The translations under genes and the position numbers were made by a program. This document shows positions 11,959-25,484 of a DNA stretch of 49,780 nucleotides, in pieces. The notes beneath the pieces were generated by a model. The model searched no databases. It saw only the letters and a list, made by a program, of their open reading frames with translations, and was not told the DNA's origin. Each line of letters begins with the position of its first letter. The stretch's first letter is position 1. This stretch comes from Paraglomus brasilianum. Its lineage: Eukaryota. The stretch is from positions 1 to 49,780 of the forward strand of contig CAJVPI010000141.1 of assembly GCA_910592345.1 (NCBI GenBank). The letters are read 5' to 3'.

Positions 11959-12933
11959 ATTACTTATCATTAAAGCAAAATGTTTATCTGGAGCAGCATC
12001 ATGGTCTATGAACCTTCGTTTTGCAATTCCATGGTTTGACACAATTGCAAGAGCAAAACAACATAACGGTAACTCGCTTTTTCATAAACGATAATTTTTT
12101 GTTATAGAACGCTCTTGAAGATATAAATAATAAAGGTACCAGAAGATAAAATACTCGGACTAAAGCCATTGATGGATATTCCTATACTTTGGTCACTCTG
12201 GTGCAACTTATATTCCGCTTTTTGGTTACTAATATTATCTTCAGCACCATTATCAACCTTAATTTCTTCAAAGTTATTGCTCTTTACGCATTTTTTCTTT
12301 GCCTTATCAATCCACTGTTAAATTGCCTCTGGTTGTTTGTTTTGTTTTGTTTTGTTTTTTTGCCGTGAAATTGTTCTTCGAGATAAAAATTTTTTATTGT
12401 AGATGTAGCTTTTAAATGCTATTTATTGAATGAAAATTTTGAAATCAACTCAAGAAATTTAGCTATCATTCGAACGGAGCTGTGGCTTTCTCCTATTTTG
12501 GTTAAATATAACGACAGTTGGTGAGTATAAAGAACTCATACTTGATGATAATGTGAATAAAATAATCGAAAGTAATTGGGACGCTTGAAATCTACGCTTA
12601 TCATTATATACAGTCCATCCTGCCGATCAACTAGTAAAACATATGAAAAATATACCTCTATTGGCCGTATTTACTATGCTAATAACAAGAATTTTGTATA
12701 GTTAATTATGAAGCTAATTGATTGTAGTTTTTAGGTAAATTTGTAACAAAATGCCGAAGTGGTAGTATATAGATTAAACATATGATTACATATGTACCAT
12801 CACTTCGATCGATCGATCGGCAGAGTGGTCGGTATTTTAGTACTGAGTTTCGTAATTTGTGTACGCGGCTGTGTAGCAGACACACTCCGGTCAGGAATAT
12901 ACGTCATAATTTAATATATTCTCACACCATATA

Positions 12934-13643
12934 CAGTGAACCCTCCATAACTCGGGAATGAGCTGGAGCATTTGCAGAGGGTCAGCATTTTATTAGTGTC
13001 ACGTGACTTGATAACCATATTAATTAAAGATGTTCAAATACTATTGAAAAAATTCATCTTTTTCATTACAATCACAGACTTTAGACTAATGTAACGCTCC
13101 AACACTCTCACATGTTTTAACAATTCGTTGGAGTCTTGTTGCTGCAGAAATGAGCGAACGATTTTTCATTAACTATCGGTGCTCAATGCTATGATCAATA
13201 TCACCATCATCAATATTACCATAATCGATACATGATTGTTTGTATATTTCAATATTTGATGATAGTTTCTTTAAGCGTCTATTATTAGCAACAGACAAAA
13301 ATTACCTATAACGCAATAACAATACTTTACACTTCCACAATGATTACGAAATTCTTTATCTGTTACTGAAATTAAGACAAAGATTCAGGATAAAGATCAC
13401 GATTCACTTGGCCCGATAGAAATTGACCCTTGTTGAATTTCTTTCAAACATATCAACAACGTTTATTAATTGACGTAAACCACGCATTGCCCTCCCAATC
13501 GTCTCGTACATATCCAATGTGACGTAAGTGCAAATCACATGAAAAACACATGGTGGGAACTGGGAATGCATTTATGGAGGGTATGCATTTATCTCTAATT
13601 CCCGAGCTTGGAAATAAGGCGTGCATTTATGGAGGGTTTACTG
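12934..13643 (-). mobile_element. Non-autonomous pogo/Tigger derivative, 710 bp
   Basis: TA|cagtgaaccctccataa ... ttatggagggtttactg|TA (17-bp TIR, 1 mismatch). Internal gcatttatggagggt repeat. Minus-strand remnant VRSFLQQQDSNELLKHVRVLERYISLKS resembles a transposase C-terminus. Confidence 0.85.
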
Positions 13644-14282
13644 TATTATTGTTTGGCAGATCATTACCCGTGTATTTTTTTTTCCGCCATCATTTTGTTG
13701 ATGACCTCTCGTGAAAAGTTCTTCGCGATAGTTGATAATCTTTCGTGTATTTTTTAAACGCGTAATTATCATTATTTTTCTTTCATAATGAACGCGATCC
13801 TTATTCTATGAAACAGAACCCGAAAACTGGCTTTTCATCAACATCGGCAGCTTCGACCAGATTTTAGTAAATCGTTTCAAAAAGAGGCTTTCCTGTTAAG
13901 GCAAGTGCTCTTTCTTCAAAAATAATAAAATTTGTTTTCCTACCCATGGCTAAGGATGACAATTTTGTGCCATTATCTTATGATCTTCGTGTTTGTTGTG
14001 GTTTCATGGGACTGGTATTAGTCATCTTTCCTGTGAGGTGGAGCAAGCTTCGTGTTCGTTGTTCTGCCTTGAATGAGCCTTTTCTACCAGTTGATATGAT
14101 CTATTTTTTGCCTAATGTCATTTTTTTTGATGAGATAGAGAAACATCATGCTAAATTTAAGGATGTTAATGTCTTTTAGAGAATGATTGAGTCATTGTAG
14201 ACAAAAAAGGTGAACTGGTTTTTGGGAATGTAAGTAGCTGCAAAATAGTTTATGACACCAGAATTTATTTTCTTAGTTGATA

Positions 14283-16371
14283 CACAGTGAACCTGGATAT
14301 AACGAAGTGGTCCGTTCCAACCTTTTTCTTCGTTATATCCAGGTTTCCTCTTTATAAAGAATTCCTATTCAATTTTGTTATAGTTTTGTTAAAGCAGGTT
14401 ACGATATAAATAATTAATTTTATTGATCAGACAGAAAATTTACTGTATACAATATAAAGAGCTACGCATCGAATGTCAAATATTCCTCGAGAGTGGTTTG
14501 TCGCGCCAATTCTGCACTGGTTTGAGTAATCTTTTTTTAAGTGTGTTTATAACAGAAAAGTCAACGTTCAAATTCTTTTGCGCAATGTATGCAAGCACGT
14601 TATCACACCACAACAACGCTTCAGAGCTTGTTACAATTCGTTCTTCAGAAGGTTCTTCCTCTTCTAATGTATCAATATGATTAATCGTATCTACAATCTC
14701 CTGGAATAAAACGTTTTCGTCAGTAGAAAAATAAATTTCTTCGTTTCTATCGATATCTATGTACTCTTCTATGTCGATTGGTTCATCCATTGGCAAACGC
14801 TGAACAAGATCTGCTATTCCTCTTTTAACCACTTCAATTTCTTCTGTAGCGTACGTCCCAGGGATTGAGGGTAGGGAAACTGGTAAAATATCCGCGCAAG
14901 TCCAGGATAATATAACTGTTCGCATTGTTACGCAATCCCATGCTTTAACCACGAAGTTAATCGCATCAAGGATAGTAATTTTTGGAATAATCGTTGGGTC
15001 ATTTAATCGTTTGTCATAAAGATGGATGAGATGTGAACATAGTAATCGCCCGATAATGTACCTAAATAATAATAAGTAAATTAAGTAAGAAATGAAACTT
15101 ATAATTAAAAATAACGTTTTACAGACCTTGAGACTATAAATAATTCCTTGGTCGAGTGGTTAAAGTTGGGTCGACGTATTTGGGGGTAAAAAATGAAGTT
15201 TGACATTGGATAATTCGAGATCATTGACTTTGTGACTAGAGACGTTATCGACTAGCAAAATAATTTTGCGGTTTTTTAAGCGAAACATGTTGTTAATATT
15301 AACCTTTCTAAGGTAACTTTCAAATATAGAGCGTTGCATCCAGGCGGATTTATTATAATAATACCATATACCAAGTGTAGTTTTTTATCAATTCCGCGCA
15401 ATGATCGAGGATTATTTGAGTTATTTATGAACAGTAAAGGCAGCTTTTCTTCCCCCGTTGCGTTACAAGTTGCGAGTATAGACACACGATCCTTCAACAA
15501 TTTCTTTCCCGAAACTGACGCGCGAGCAAGTGTTGTTCGAGGCTCCATTTTCCAAAACAGCTGCTTTATCGCAATTAAAAATGTTACACTCATTATAACC
15601 TTCTAGAATCGATTTCAGTTGCTCGGGCAATTTGGCCACATCGACGCTCCCCGCTTCCCCTCGCTTTTTGTAAGATTTTAGATTGTTTCTCTTTTTGAAT
15701 CCTTCCAACCACCCATTAGTTGCACCAAATTCGCGATTATTAAACAAAACAGCAAATTTTCTAGCCTTTTCTCTCAAAATTGAATCAGTTAAGGTCACTT
15801 GTCGCTTACTGCATTTTCTACCCAAAGACTCGATGCTTCCTCTATATTAGAAAAACTGCTTTGACGTCTTCTTTTAAATGTACTAGTGGTAAAGGTTTCA
15901 TCAATATTAAGCCAGTAGTCACTATTTGACAAAATTTCACTAATTGTTGGTATGGCACATTCAAACTGTTTGGCTAATTTGGCTATTTTAATTGAGGGAT
16001 TGTCTTTTTTATTTGACGGATTTCTTTTTTTTTTTCAATGCCGCGAAGTGCATGACGTTTGTTCTTAGCAGGTTTTGTCACTTCGTCTCTAACCATCATG
16101 ACGAGAAACAGACTAGGATTTACCGTTAACTTTTAAATATTAAGTGAATTAACTTCAATATAATAGTGATGTTTATTATAATACAGTGAAGTTCGTTATA
16201 AGAAAACTTTGTTATATTCTTATTAGCCAACTAATTTAAAACTTTGCTATAGCAGGTAACCAGGTTTTCTTAATTAACTTCGTTATATCCGGGAAACTTT
16301 ATTAGACAAAGTTTTGGGACATCGAAAAAACTTCATTATAGTCGAAATTCGTTATATCCAGGTTCACTGTG
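14283..16371 (-). mobile_element. Full-length Tigger/pogo DNA transposon, 2089 bp
   Basis: Perfect 24-bp TIR cacagtgaacctggatataacgaa, TA on both sides (14281-82, 16372-73), subterminal ttcgttata repeats. Confidence 0.95.
14450..16099 (-). pseudogene. pogo/Tigger transposase (DD31D spacing), frameshifted, one intron; 3' end approximate
   Basis: FGATNGWLEGFKKR, IFNCDK, LLVDNVSSH, PPNTSTQL*PLDQGI. Intron at 15062-15126. Confidence 0.92.
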
Positions 16372-17189
16372 TATTTTCCATCCATACAGCACCAAGTGCT
16401 TTTCATGTCACTATGAACACAGATATTTCAAATGTCTCAAAGCTCTACAGTGAATGTTATTACTAATAATGAATCAGTATGTGCAATGATGTCTTTCTAA
16501 ATTAATATCTTTGATCTGAGATTTTGGTGATATAGAGAGATTGTGACTAAGGCATTTTCTCACTAACCCTTACGCTTTTTATTAGAGAAATCATCTTTTT
16601 GGCCAAGTGATTTTCACATAAAATGGTTTTGGCACGAAATGTAGGCAGATAGTGATTACAAACGGAGGGACTATAGATAGTGGTTCGCGCATACGAAATT
16701 AGAGCCTGAATCACGTGATGCGTGTTGCCCTATCAGTGTTGTTGTCAATATAGTCACAAAGGTACTGTGCTTTAGTATTGTAACAATCTGTTCATAAGGT
16801 AAAATGTAATACTAATAGATAATCTGTAAAAAGATGTCTAAAAACCGCTTAACCTTGCGTTGTTTTGGCGTGAAGTAAATTTAATTTACATATACATTCC
16901 TTGTCATAGAGACGTTATTTTGTTGTAGAATTTAGTTTATTGAAATTGTAAAAACTAAATAAAATGTTCATCTTAATAAACAAATTGAATAATAACATAG
17001 TGAAAATGACACCAAATCGAGTGCCTGTCTTTAAAAATTCATCACTCTTCAAAAACTCGTGCAATAAGATAAAAAACCAATACCGTAATAATATGAGGAC
17101 CCTATTATTGTTATAATCTAAATTTTACAAAAAAAAAGCTAAAATTTTTGTATACATTACTTTTGCAAAGTTTTTAGCGCATCTAAATC

Positions 17190-17500
17190 TAAGGATATGG
17201 TATTAACAACTCAGGTGGAGATACCATAATAACAAGTCCTCAAAATGCTTCACAAAAGTTTGGCCTATAGATTAAGGGATAATATTGATAATAATTATAA
17301 TATAGACAATAGTGAACATGAGTCAGACGGATACATTGTATACCTACACAGGATACAGGAAGAAAAAAGCATTCAAAAAGAAAAAATACAGCAGGTAAAA
17401 CAGGTTTTGATAAATGGAAGCGTATCAACATTCGAGAAAAAAGGATGCCACTAACAAGGCCAAAAATATTCTGCATTGGCCGAAAAACGCGAGCGGTAAG
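17190..17500 (+). pseudogene. Possible degraded C-terminal fragment of a MULE/FAR1-like transposase
   Basis: LHKSLAYRLRDN followed by a KG..K..SALAEK-like tail; weak resemblance from memory only. Confidence 0.25.
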
Positions 17501-19951
17501 AGCAAAATAACATTATTTACGCCAATATGTCCTTAGTTTCTTAACATTTTATATTTTTGTCTTATATAAACATCCCCATCAAATTACATTATTTACTACG
17601 TATTAAAAGCCCTATCTGTCACAACGTTTGATCTATTGTCTGATTTAATTTGTTTGACCTATTGTTAATTAAGGGTTAACATTACTCTAGGTTCCAGTCG
17701 GTAAAGGTGCTTCCTTTTAATCGTATTAACTTAGGTATGTGTGTTATTGCATTCTTGTTATCGCGTCAATTATATGACTGTTAATAGTTAGTTTGGGCAT
17801 CGTTTTAAGTACATTTTTCCTGCTAATACGTTCGTCTTAATTAAAGTTTTCGTTCTTACTATACCATCCTAGCAACGTTAAAAACGTAGTCAACAAATAA
17901 TCTCAAGAGAATTTACTAAGCATTTTCTTTACAAATGTTTTGTTGTCGGTCTATTGTGCATGGTTTAATTATTCTATATTTATAGTGTGTATTTTGGTAT
18001 CACTTATAACATATGCGTCTTTATTGTGCAAAAGTCTAGAAGGCTTGCTAATACGTTTAACAATCAGTAGCATGTGTCGTGTATGCGAAGCACATGATGA
18101 CATTAATGAAGAAAACCAACGGATAACAAAATTTGAAGGCATAATTGATATGCCAACTTCTAGATTCCTCTATACATTTTAGACAGACAGCTGTGCTAGT
18201 GAAAGCAAATAATGATCTTGTAATTCAAGGGTTAGAGACATAGAGTAGGAGAATAATTGGATGCTATTACAATTACAGCGGGTGTGAATGTCTGAGTGAC
18301 AGTAGATCTTAAACTATGCGCTGAGAGAATGTACGTAATTGTAGTGAGGTACACGTAATCACGGCATTTGTGTGAACGTTCTAGTAAATGATTGGGCACT
18401 GTTCTGAAATACTCAACTTGCATACTATTACCGGAACTGACGTAAGCTAACACGATCCCTGAAAGGAAATATTTGCCCAGACATTGATTAGTAAAGCGAG
18501 GCTTGCAAATCATTTGCTATCAATGAATCCTTGCTAACGCATTGCCACGTCCACAACGCGGATATAAATGAAATCGTACTAATCTATTAATCGATTTCTC
18601 CTCCGTTCTATTGCTATTAATAATTGCACAATTTAGCATACGATTGCATGCAAAGATGGCAAGCTTGCGTGTATTAATAAGCCGAGCATTGATAGCGGCT
18701 ACAGGATCAAAATCATTCTTCCCATAAGCGATTAGAAATACTGTATATCGAGGCTAAACTAAAACATCGCGTAAACGGGTAAACCAACTGAAGAAGCATA
18801 TCATTGCGCTCCCAGATATACCGGCAACACATTTTCAATATTAGGCCGACATTTATTTTCAATATTTGTTCTCAGTTCTGCACCGAGACAACTGAGTGAC
18901 TGGGTTCTGAACTGAGACAGGTCCCGAGCTCAGACACAACATATTGAAACCAGACAGTGACTACGCGCTTTCAAAATTAAATGACGCAATAAATAAAGGC
19001 AAGCAATGATGGATAATAAAATTAGCGCAGCATTTATGCGACAGTGGCAAACAAAATCGTTCTATTTATCGGCATCTGTTTCTTGATCCAAGGAACTTTT
19101 GCTATGTCAATTGCCGCAAAGCCAATCAGCTATGCATGGCATCACATCGTTAGAAATAGTGATCATAGATAATACAATTTATGCTTCAGTGCAAAACCAT
19201 TTGTTTGCATCATTTAATAGACGTTTGTTGTTTTTATTATCCGAATGTTGTTTGCCGTATCGGTATAGTCCGGAATCGCAATTTGCTACTGTTGTTCAGC
19301 AATGAACATCTGGTTGTATCTATAGTTTGGAACTCGGATTTGGATGACTATTCTAGTAGATATTTATTACCCACAATTATAGGCTTACTTGTTGATTTGT
19401 TTATTAAGATTGCCTCTTCTACGTGGAGATCGTCACAATAGCCATGACAACATTTAGAGACGTGCATGACGTCAATGTTACTTGAACTGAAAATGTCAAA
19501 AAATAAACCACCGGCTTATTGCTGACAAATATCCATTTACGCTAATCAAATTTCACCCTGCATTGCGCTTGGAAATTAGTGTACTAAATTCCCCCCTTCG
19601 GTTTATTATTATGGTAAGACTCCGCACGAATTTGAAGGAGGCTATGCATGAAGGAGTGATTATTAATGCATGGTGGTTATCGTAGTAAATGCATGTTCAA
19701 CTAATTTAATATTAATAATTGCAATGAGAATTGTAATTAATTCAGGGGTTTACTAAATTTGCTAAATGGGAAACCCACGCCATAATCTTTCACGTGATTA
19801 AAAAGCATGGTGTTGACACAGTCTATCATCTTGATCACTTTTCGATATGTAGACGTACAATGAACATTGATGAAATTGGCTAGTCGATTAAACTCGTGGA
19901 TTTTTCTATATAAGTGAACAACACGGGCTGGTTTCTTTACGTTAAACTCAA

Positions 19952-19991
19952 GCGACAACGACGACGACAACAACAACAACAACAACAACAA
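19952..19991 (+). repeat. (CGA/CAA)n microsatellite just upstream of the peroxiredoxin ATG
   Basis: gcgacaacgacgacgacaacaacaacaacaacaacaacaa directly before the ATG at 19994. Confidence 0.85.
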
Positions 19992-19993
19992 GT

Positions 19994-21073
19994 ATGACGC
20001 ACCAAGAAATCGCACAGGTTCGAAAGCCAGCACCCAGGTTTACCGCGAAAGCCGTTGTTGACGGCGTGTTTGAGACTGTCTCTCTTGACAGCTATATCCA
20101 GGACCCAGAAATCAAATGTGAGTTTATGTCGTTGGTTAGTGGCGCGCTACAGACGACAGTACTGATTTATTCTGTTATGTAGATATCCTCCTCTTCTTCT
20201 ATCCGATGGATTTCACCTTTGTTTGCCCAACTGAGGCATGTGTAGTCGCTGTGAACAAATCGACCTTATACGTGGGAGTAAACAAACTTGCTAATCCCAC
20301 ATTATGATTCTTAAATTTATCTAGATTATTGCTTTCTCCGAGAGGATCGAGCAGTTCAAAGCGCTAAAAACGGCAGTCCTTGCTTGTTCCTGCGATAGTG
20401 AATACAGGTACACGATCATAACTAACGTGCTTGCGCGCTTGTCAAGTATTTTACTGATTTCTGTTCTGTTTTGTAGTCATCTTGCATGGGTCAACACGCC
20501 AAAAAAAGAAGGTTAGAGACTATTTCGGTATCTCCTTTTCAAGTCGAATCACCATACAAAATATTTAAATTGACAACGACTCGTTTTTTATTAACTCAGG
20601 CGGCCTTGGTCCCATGAAGATTCCTCTTATTGCCGATAAAACTCACGAAATTGCCAAGAAGTATGGTGTATATCTGGAAGAGTCGGGGTTCTCCCTTCGG
20701 GGCTTATTCATCATTGGTGGCGACGGTATTGTGCGGCAGATTACGATTAACGGTATGGTTCTATCTAGTATTAGGAATTACCACGCCCGTATGTCGTAAA
20801 TAAACTAAATCTTATTTCTCCCATCAGACACACAAGTGGGTCGCAGTACCGATGAAGCACTGCGTCTCATTGAGGCGTTCCAGTTTAGCGACGAGTTTGG
20901 TGAAGTTTGCCCTGTCAACTGGAAAAAGGGTGCTTCGGTAAGTTCCACATGCTTTTGTTGAGAAATGACAAGTGTCAACACTAAAACTATTGATTACTAA
21001 TATGATTAACCCGTTACAGACAATTAAGCCTGAGGTTACTGAGAGCAAAGAATACTTTGGAAAACAAAAGTAA
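19994..21073 (+). CDS. TSA1: Typical 2-Cys peroxiredoxin (AhpC/Prx1 class, Tsa1-like), 7 exons
   Basis: Exons 19994-20117, 20183-20235, 20325-20407, 20477-20511, 20600-20752, 20828-20937, 21020-21073. Motifs [26 protein letters not shown] and C-terminal YF. Symbol indicates family, not proven orthology. Confidence 0.95.
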
Positions 21074-21311
21074 AAAGCTGTGATTGGTTTACTAATATGA
21101 CAAAATACTATAAATAAAAATTCCGCTCACGTGATATATAGTTAGGCTGAGTTGATTACACATACAATTCTATAGTTCCCCAATTTGGAGGATAACGGAT
21201 CGGGGCGGATATTAAGCATTCTAATAAACAAAAAAAAATTTTTTAATTGTCAAGAATTGTATTCCCCTTGTCCTTTTCACCCTGTTCGCGTCTATTTAAT
21301 AATACCTGGTA

Positions 21312-24300
21312 ATGGACTCTACCTCAAATACGGTTACCCTCGCTGAGGCTCTTGTAGAGAAGAAGCCTATTCCACGTGGTACTATCCAGTTAACTGCAAT
21401 GTGCGCTCGCTGCGAGAACGCGTCAGAGCGTTACTAAATAAAGCATACCTATATTCATTAACAGACGAGAAGACAGTGCGCAAGATAGCTTACGCAATAG
21501 AGGTGCAATTTAACATTGAAATCTTAATAAAACAACGAGAAATAAATCTAATTAAAGAAGAATTAAGAAAAGCGGTTGAATCGAGAGAGACGTTGAGGGC
21601 ATGCATACTAGACGGTATGTTAACCTTGTGCAATGAAGCGAGTCTCAGGGAATTAGGTGCAATAAACTAATCATGCAATAGGTTCTGCAAGCAGTGAGTA
21701 GGTGTTTTGGCAGTCTCTCACAGAAAGATTAACTTACGTTTAGCAATTACAACTGATTATAGAGTGCCTATCTCGGTCCTTTCGATATAGATTGTATACT
21801 ATATAATGCTTATTCTTGGAAGAGTTGAAAGGCTCATCTATCGAGTTTTCAACTTTTGTCAAGTTGTTCTTTCATATATTTCATTTTGGAAGTGAGGGTG
21901 GACGATGTATTACTTATCGCACAGATATGAGTCACTTGTATGAAGTTTATTATAGAAGACGGCCCTTCTCCCTGAGACCGAAAAAGTTCTCACTGCATAT
22001 TCATCCATGTCGTTCATCCGACCGTATTCTTTCACATTCTCTCTCAATAGATTATTCACTACGGCGAACCGTAAAGACACCGACCAGTCCGTATTCGTCC
22101 GAAATACCACAAAAACGAGCATTACAAACGACTTACATACCACCTTCACAAGCAATGTCTCAAATACAAACACGCCATTCAACGCGACGAACATCATCAA
22201 CACGTGATTCAAATTATCTTTATTACGATTCATGCAGGGATCTGTACGCCAGAAGAAACGATGGGACTTTTGTAAAGTAAGCTTTGTGATATCAACCATC
22301 GGCTACAAACCATATTTGGAAACACTGCAATATCAGTAATGAAAACTGACAATCCGAATCTTTGAACTTTTTTACTCTCTTTCTACGTTTGATCAATCTA
22401 TCCATCTTTACCCTTTATCTTGTATTATTTGTGGTAGATTAGCATGTCCAAAGTGTCGCAGTTCGAAATTTGTTAATGTTCAAGGATTTCTCAATCACTG
22501 TCGGTTGGCTCATAAGATTGAATTTCCTAATCATGACGAAGCAGTATTAGTCTGCGGTATCCCAGTGGTAGGACGTTTGTACGGACTTGCTAGTGTATTA
22601 ATGGCCTTGGACAATTTAATTGAAAATGAGTTGTTTTCCTAGGATGAGAATGTTATACCACCAAACCATCCAGCTCGATCACAGCAAATTACTCGGCCGC
22701 CCTCACTTCGTACTATCTTAGGAGACAGCGGCACAACTAGAACAAGGTATTACATACTAATAAAATCTGTGGTCGTTTCATTGGTTATTTGCAGCCTTTA
22801 CGCTTTACTAATAATTCGTCTTTGCTAATTTAGCAAACGGGTAATATGGCAGATTCTATATAAAACAGTTCTTAAATAGCAGTATAGCCCACGATATACT
22901 TATTTCTATGTCTGTCATCGCTCAATCATAACAGCCAAAGATCAAAGTATTTGAAGAGGACGTCGACTTGGGCGTAGATGATTTATCGGATCGCCACTCT
23001 GGAGCATTTGTTATTTCTCCAATTGAACAATCATCACTCGATGCGTCTCAGAAGGTATACTCAGGAAAAGGTCGACCTCAAATTAACGAGTTATTATCTC
23101 TGGAGAACTGTGGCAGTCCTGCTGAATCAAATATTTCCGGCTCGTGCACACCACTACATCAACCTTTCTCTTCCTATACATTACCAGTGAGTAAACTTAA
23201 ACTGGCTACATCTAAAATGTTGTCTCCGACAACATCAGACTACTCGTCTGACAGTGGATCGGATGATGACAGCAGTATTGATATTTCTCATGAGAAGGCA
23301 CTGACACAACAGTCTGGTCAGTTGAATGGGAATGGGACGATAGATACTATAACAAAGATTGACATATTACATAATAAAGGAAACAATGGGCAAAAGATCA
23401 AATCTGGGAATAAAAATGTTCAAAAGTCAACTACTGAGATGAATAATGGAGATTCTATGGATATCGAAAGCACTGCTGAAAGTGATAAACTTGATCGGCG
23501 AGATGTTATGGATATTGATTCCAACCATACAAAAGTCAGCCAGAATAGCATAACATCTGAGCAAAACCTATCCACAGCTGTTAATAATGAGAAACAAACG
23601 ACATTCATAGAGTACGCATCACAAGAAATAACTACTGCATCGAAATTGCAATCACAACCATTGCCACCACAACAACAACAACTAGCACAACCACAGCCAT
23701 TGCCACAACCACAGTCGCTTTTCGTTGGTGCTTTTGAGCCAGTAGATAGTGGATCTAGGTTTTATTTAAAACGGCGAATCATTGTAGGAAATATTTCTAA
23801 ATGGATACCACTAGACAAAAGACATGCCAAGTTAAAGGATTACACCCATCAATGGATGATTTATGTGGTTGGACCTCCAAACGCATCCAACGTCTCATCG
23901 TTTATTCGAAAAGTACGATTCACTCTGCATCAAAGTTATAAACCGTATCATATTGTGGATGTTATTGAACCTCCATTTCAAATATCAAGACTAGGTTGGG
24001 GAGAGTTTCCTGTACGCATTCAGCTATTCTTTGTTGACAAAAGAAACAAACCTGTGGAACTTGTTCATTCGTTAAAGGTAAGAAGTTGGTCGAATTTTAT
24101 AAGACATTGACATAGCTTGCATAGCCGAGCATCAATATTAATGGAATACTGAAACTCGTTATTTTGTGCTTAGTTGGATTATAGTAACACCGGAAAGCAG
24201 AAAGTTGGGGAAGAACGTCGTTTCGATTTAGAGTTAGATCGAGATACAACGTTCGTTGAACTCCGTCCAGAAGTGATTGGTTCAGACATCAAGAGAGCGA

Positions 24301-25484
24301 AATCCGGTGTTAACTACAAAAGTGATTATCCCAGTGCAACCACTAGTCAAACAGATGCTTTACAAAGCGCAATAGTCGACATTAAGAATACATCTGAACT
24401 CGAGAACGCTATCGTTCGGCCTGTGCCTGTCGATGAGCATGCCAAAAGTAATTCCGAGACAAATTTTGATAATAATTTACCAAAGTTACCTTTGACAACG
24501 AGATTACCTTCAGAAACGTCTTCAGCCTCACCTCTACAGACGCCGTCTCAAAATACAACTGCACTAGTTACTTGTGAAACTATTCAAATAAAATATTGCA
24601 GATTTTGTGGATGTCCAGTAAATTGGCATGAAAACACCTCAGCAAATATTATGTTGGCGACGTATAAGTGTAAGCATCGACCCGCATGCTTGCGGTACAA
24701 GAATAGTCGGTTAAGCAGCATGACTTCAGCAAGAGAAGCGCTTGATACCTTTCTAGAAGTCACACATGAAGGTAGATATCATTTGCGTATAGTTGGTAAT
24801 CTCGGATAATCACTCTTTATTAACATGACTTGTCTCGAAAGATGATGACATGGAAATTGATGTTGGGTCCAGCATACATGTGTCGGATAATAAAATTAGA
24901 GCAAGCTCTTCGACCACACCGCAGAGCGAGGATACCAATGACTTATTAAACAATCCACAATTTATTAATAGCCTTGATCCAGAAGGAATAGACTGGGTAT
25001 GGGATGTTGTTGATCAAATAAAGTTACCAACAGTATCAGCAACACGATTGAACATTAATGAGGATCAAATGCACGTGAATGAACGCAAGGTGGCAGTCGA
25101 ACAACGTTTGATTGTTGGGAACCTAATATTCCAGGTTTGTCACATACCGTTACAGTCAAAAGTTGTTGCATTCCACTTGCATTCTACTAATCGAAAGTTT
25201 TGATACAGGCCACAAAAAAGTTTGTCAAAGATATTATCAACAAATCATTAGAGATTTATAAGTCAGAATTAGTTGATGATCCTCTGCCAAGATTTTGTAA
25301 GGATTGCGAAAGCATGCAAACCACAAAATCAACCAATCCGGACCAAATTCACGAGGGTGCGAAGATGCTAGTTCCATATCATTTGTACCGAACATTCGTG
25401 AATAATTTAGATTCCTTTGATTTCTTAACCAATGCTATGACGGGTGAAACTGCTGAAGAAGATTCCCAAAAAGGGGCGGGATAA
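21312..25484 (+). CDS. YEATS-domain chromatin protein (YEATS2-like) with an Ahc1-like C2H2 zinc finger, multi-exon
   Basis: Exons include 21312-21378, 21465-21614 (QFNIEILIKQRE helix), 22051-22276, 22438-22567 (CPKC..QGFLNHCRLAH..CG), about 22934-24077 (THQWMIYV..LHQSY..GWGEF YEATS domain), 24174-24771, about 24842-25134 and 25210-25484 (FDFLTN). Some small internal exons are uncertain. Confidence 0.88.

Noticed and set aside
13650..14180. Possible retroelement remnant and ORF 13946-14179
   Set aside because: No RT, RNase H or integrase motif could be read.
14283..14330. TIR begins with CACAGTG, identical to the V(D)J RSS heptamer (Transib/RAG link)
   Set aside because: No ACAAAAACC nonamer at 12/23 spacing, the duplication is TA, and the transposase is clearly pogo DDE_1 type.
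19790..19797. TCACGTGA E-box sites (also near 16712, 21127, 47074) as Pho4/Cbf1 elements
   Set aside because: They also occur inside transposons and none was seen upstream of the transporter; not supportable from sequence alone.
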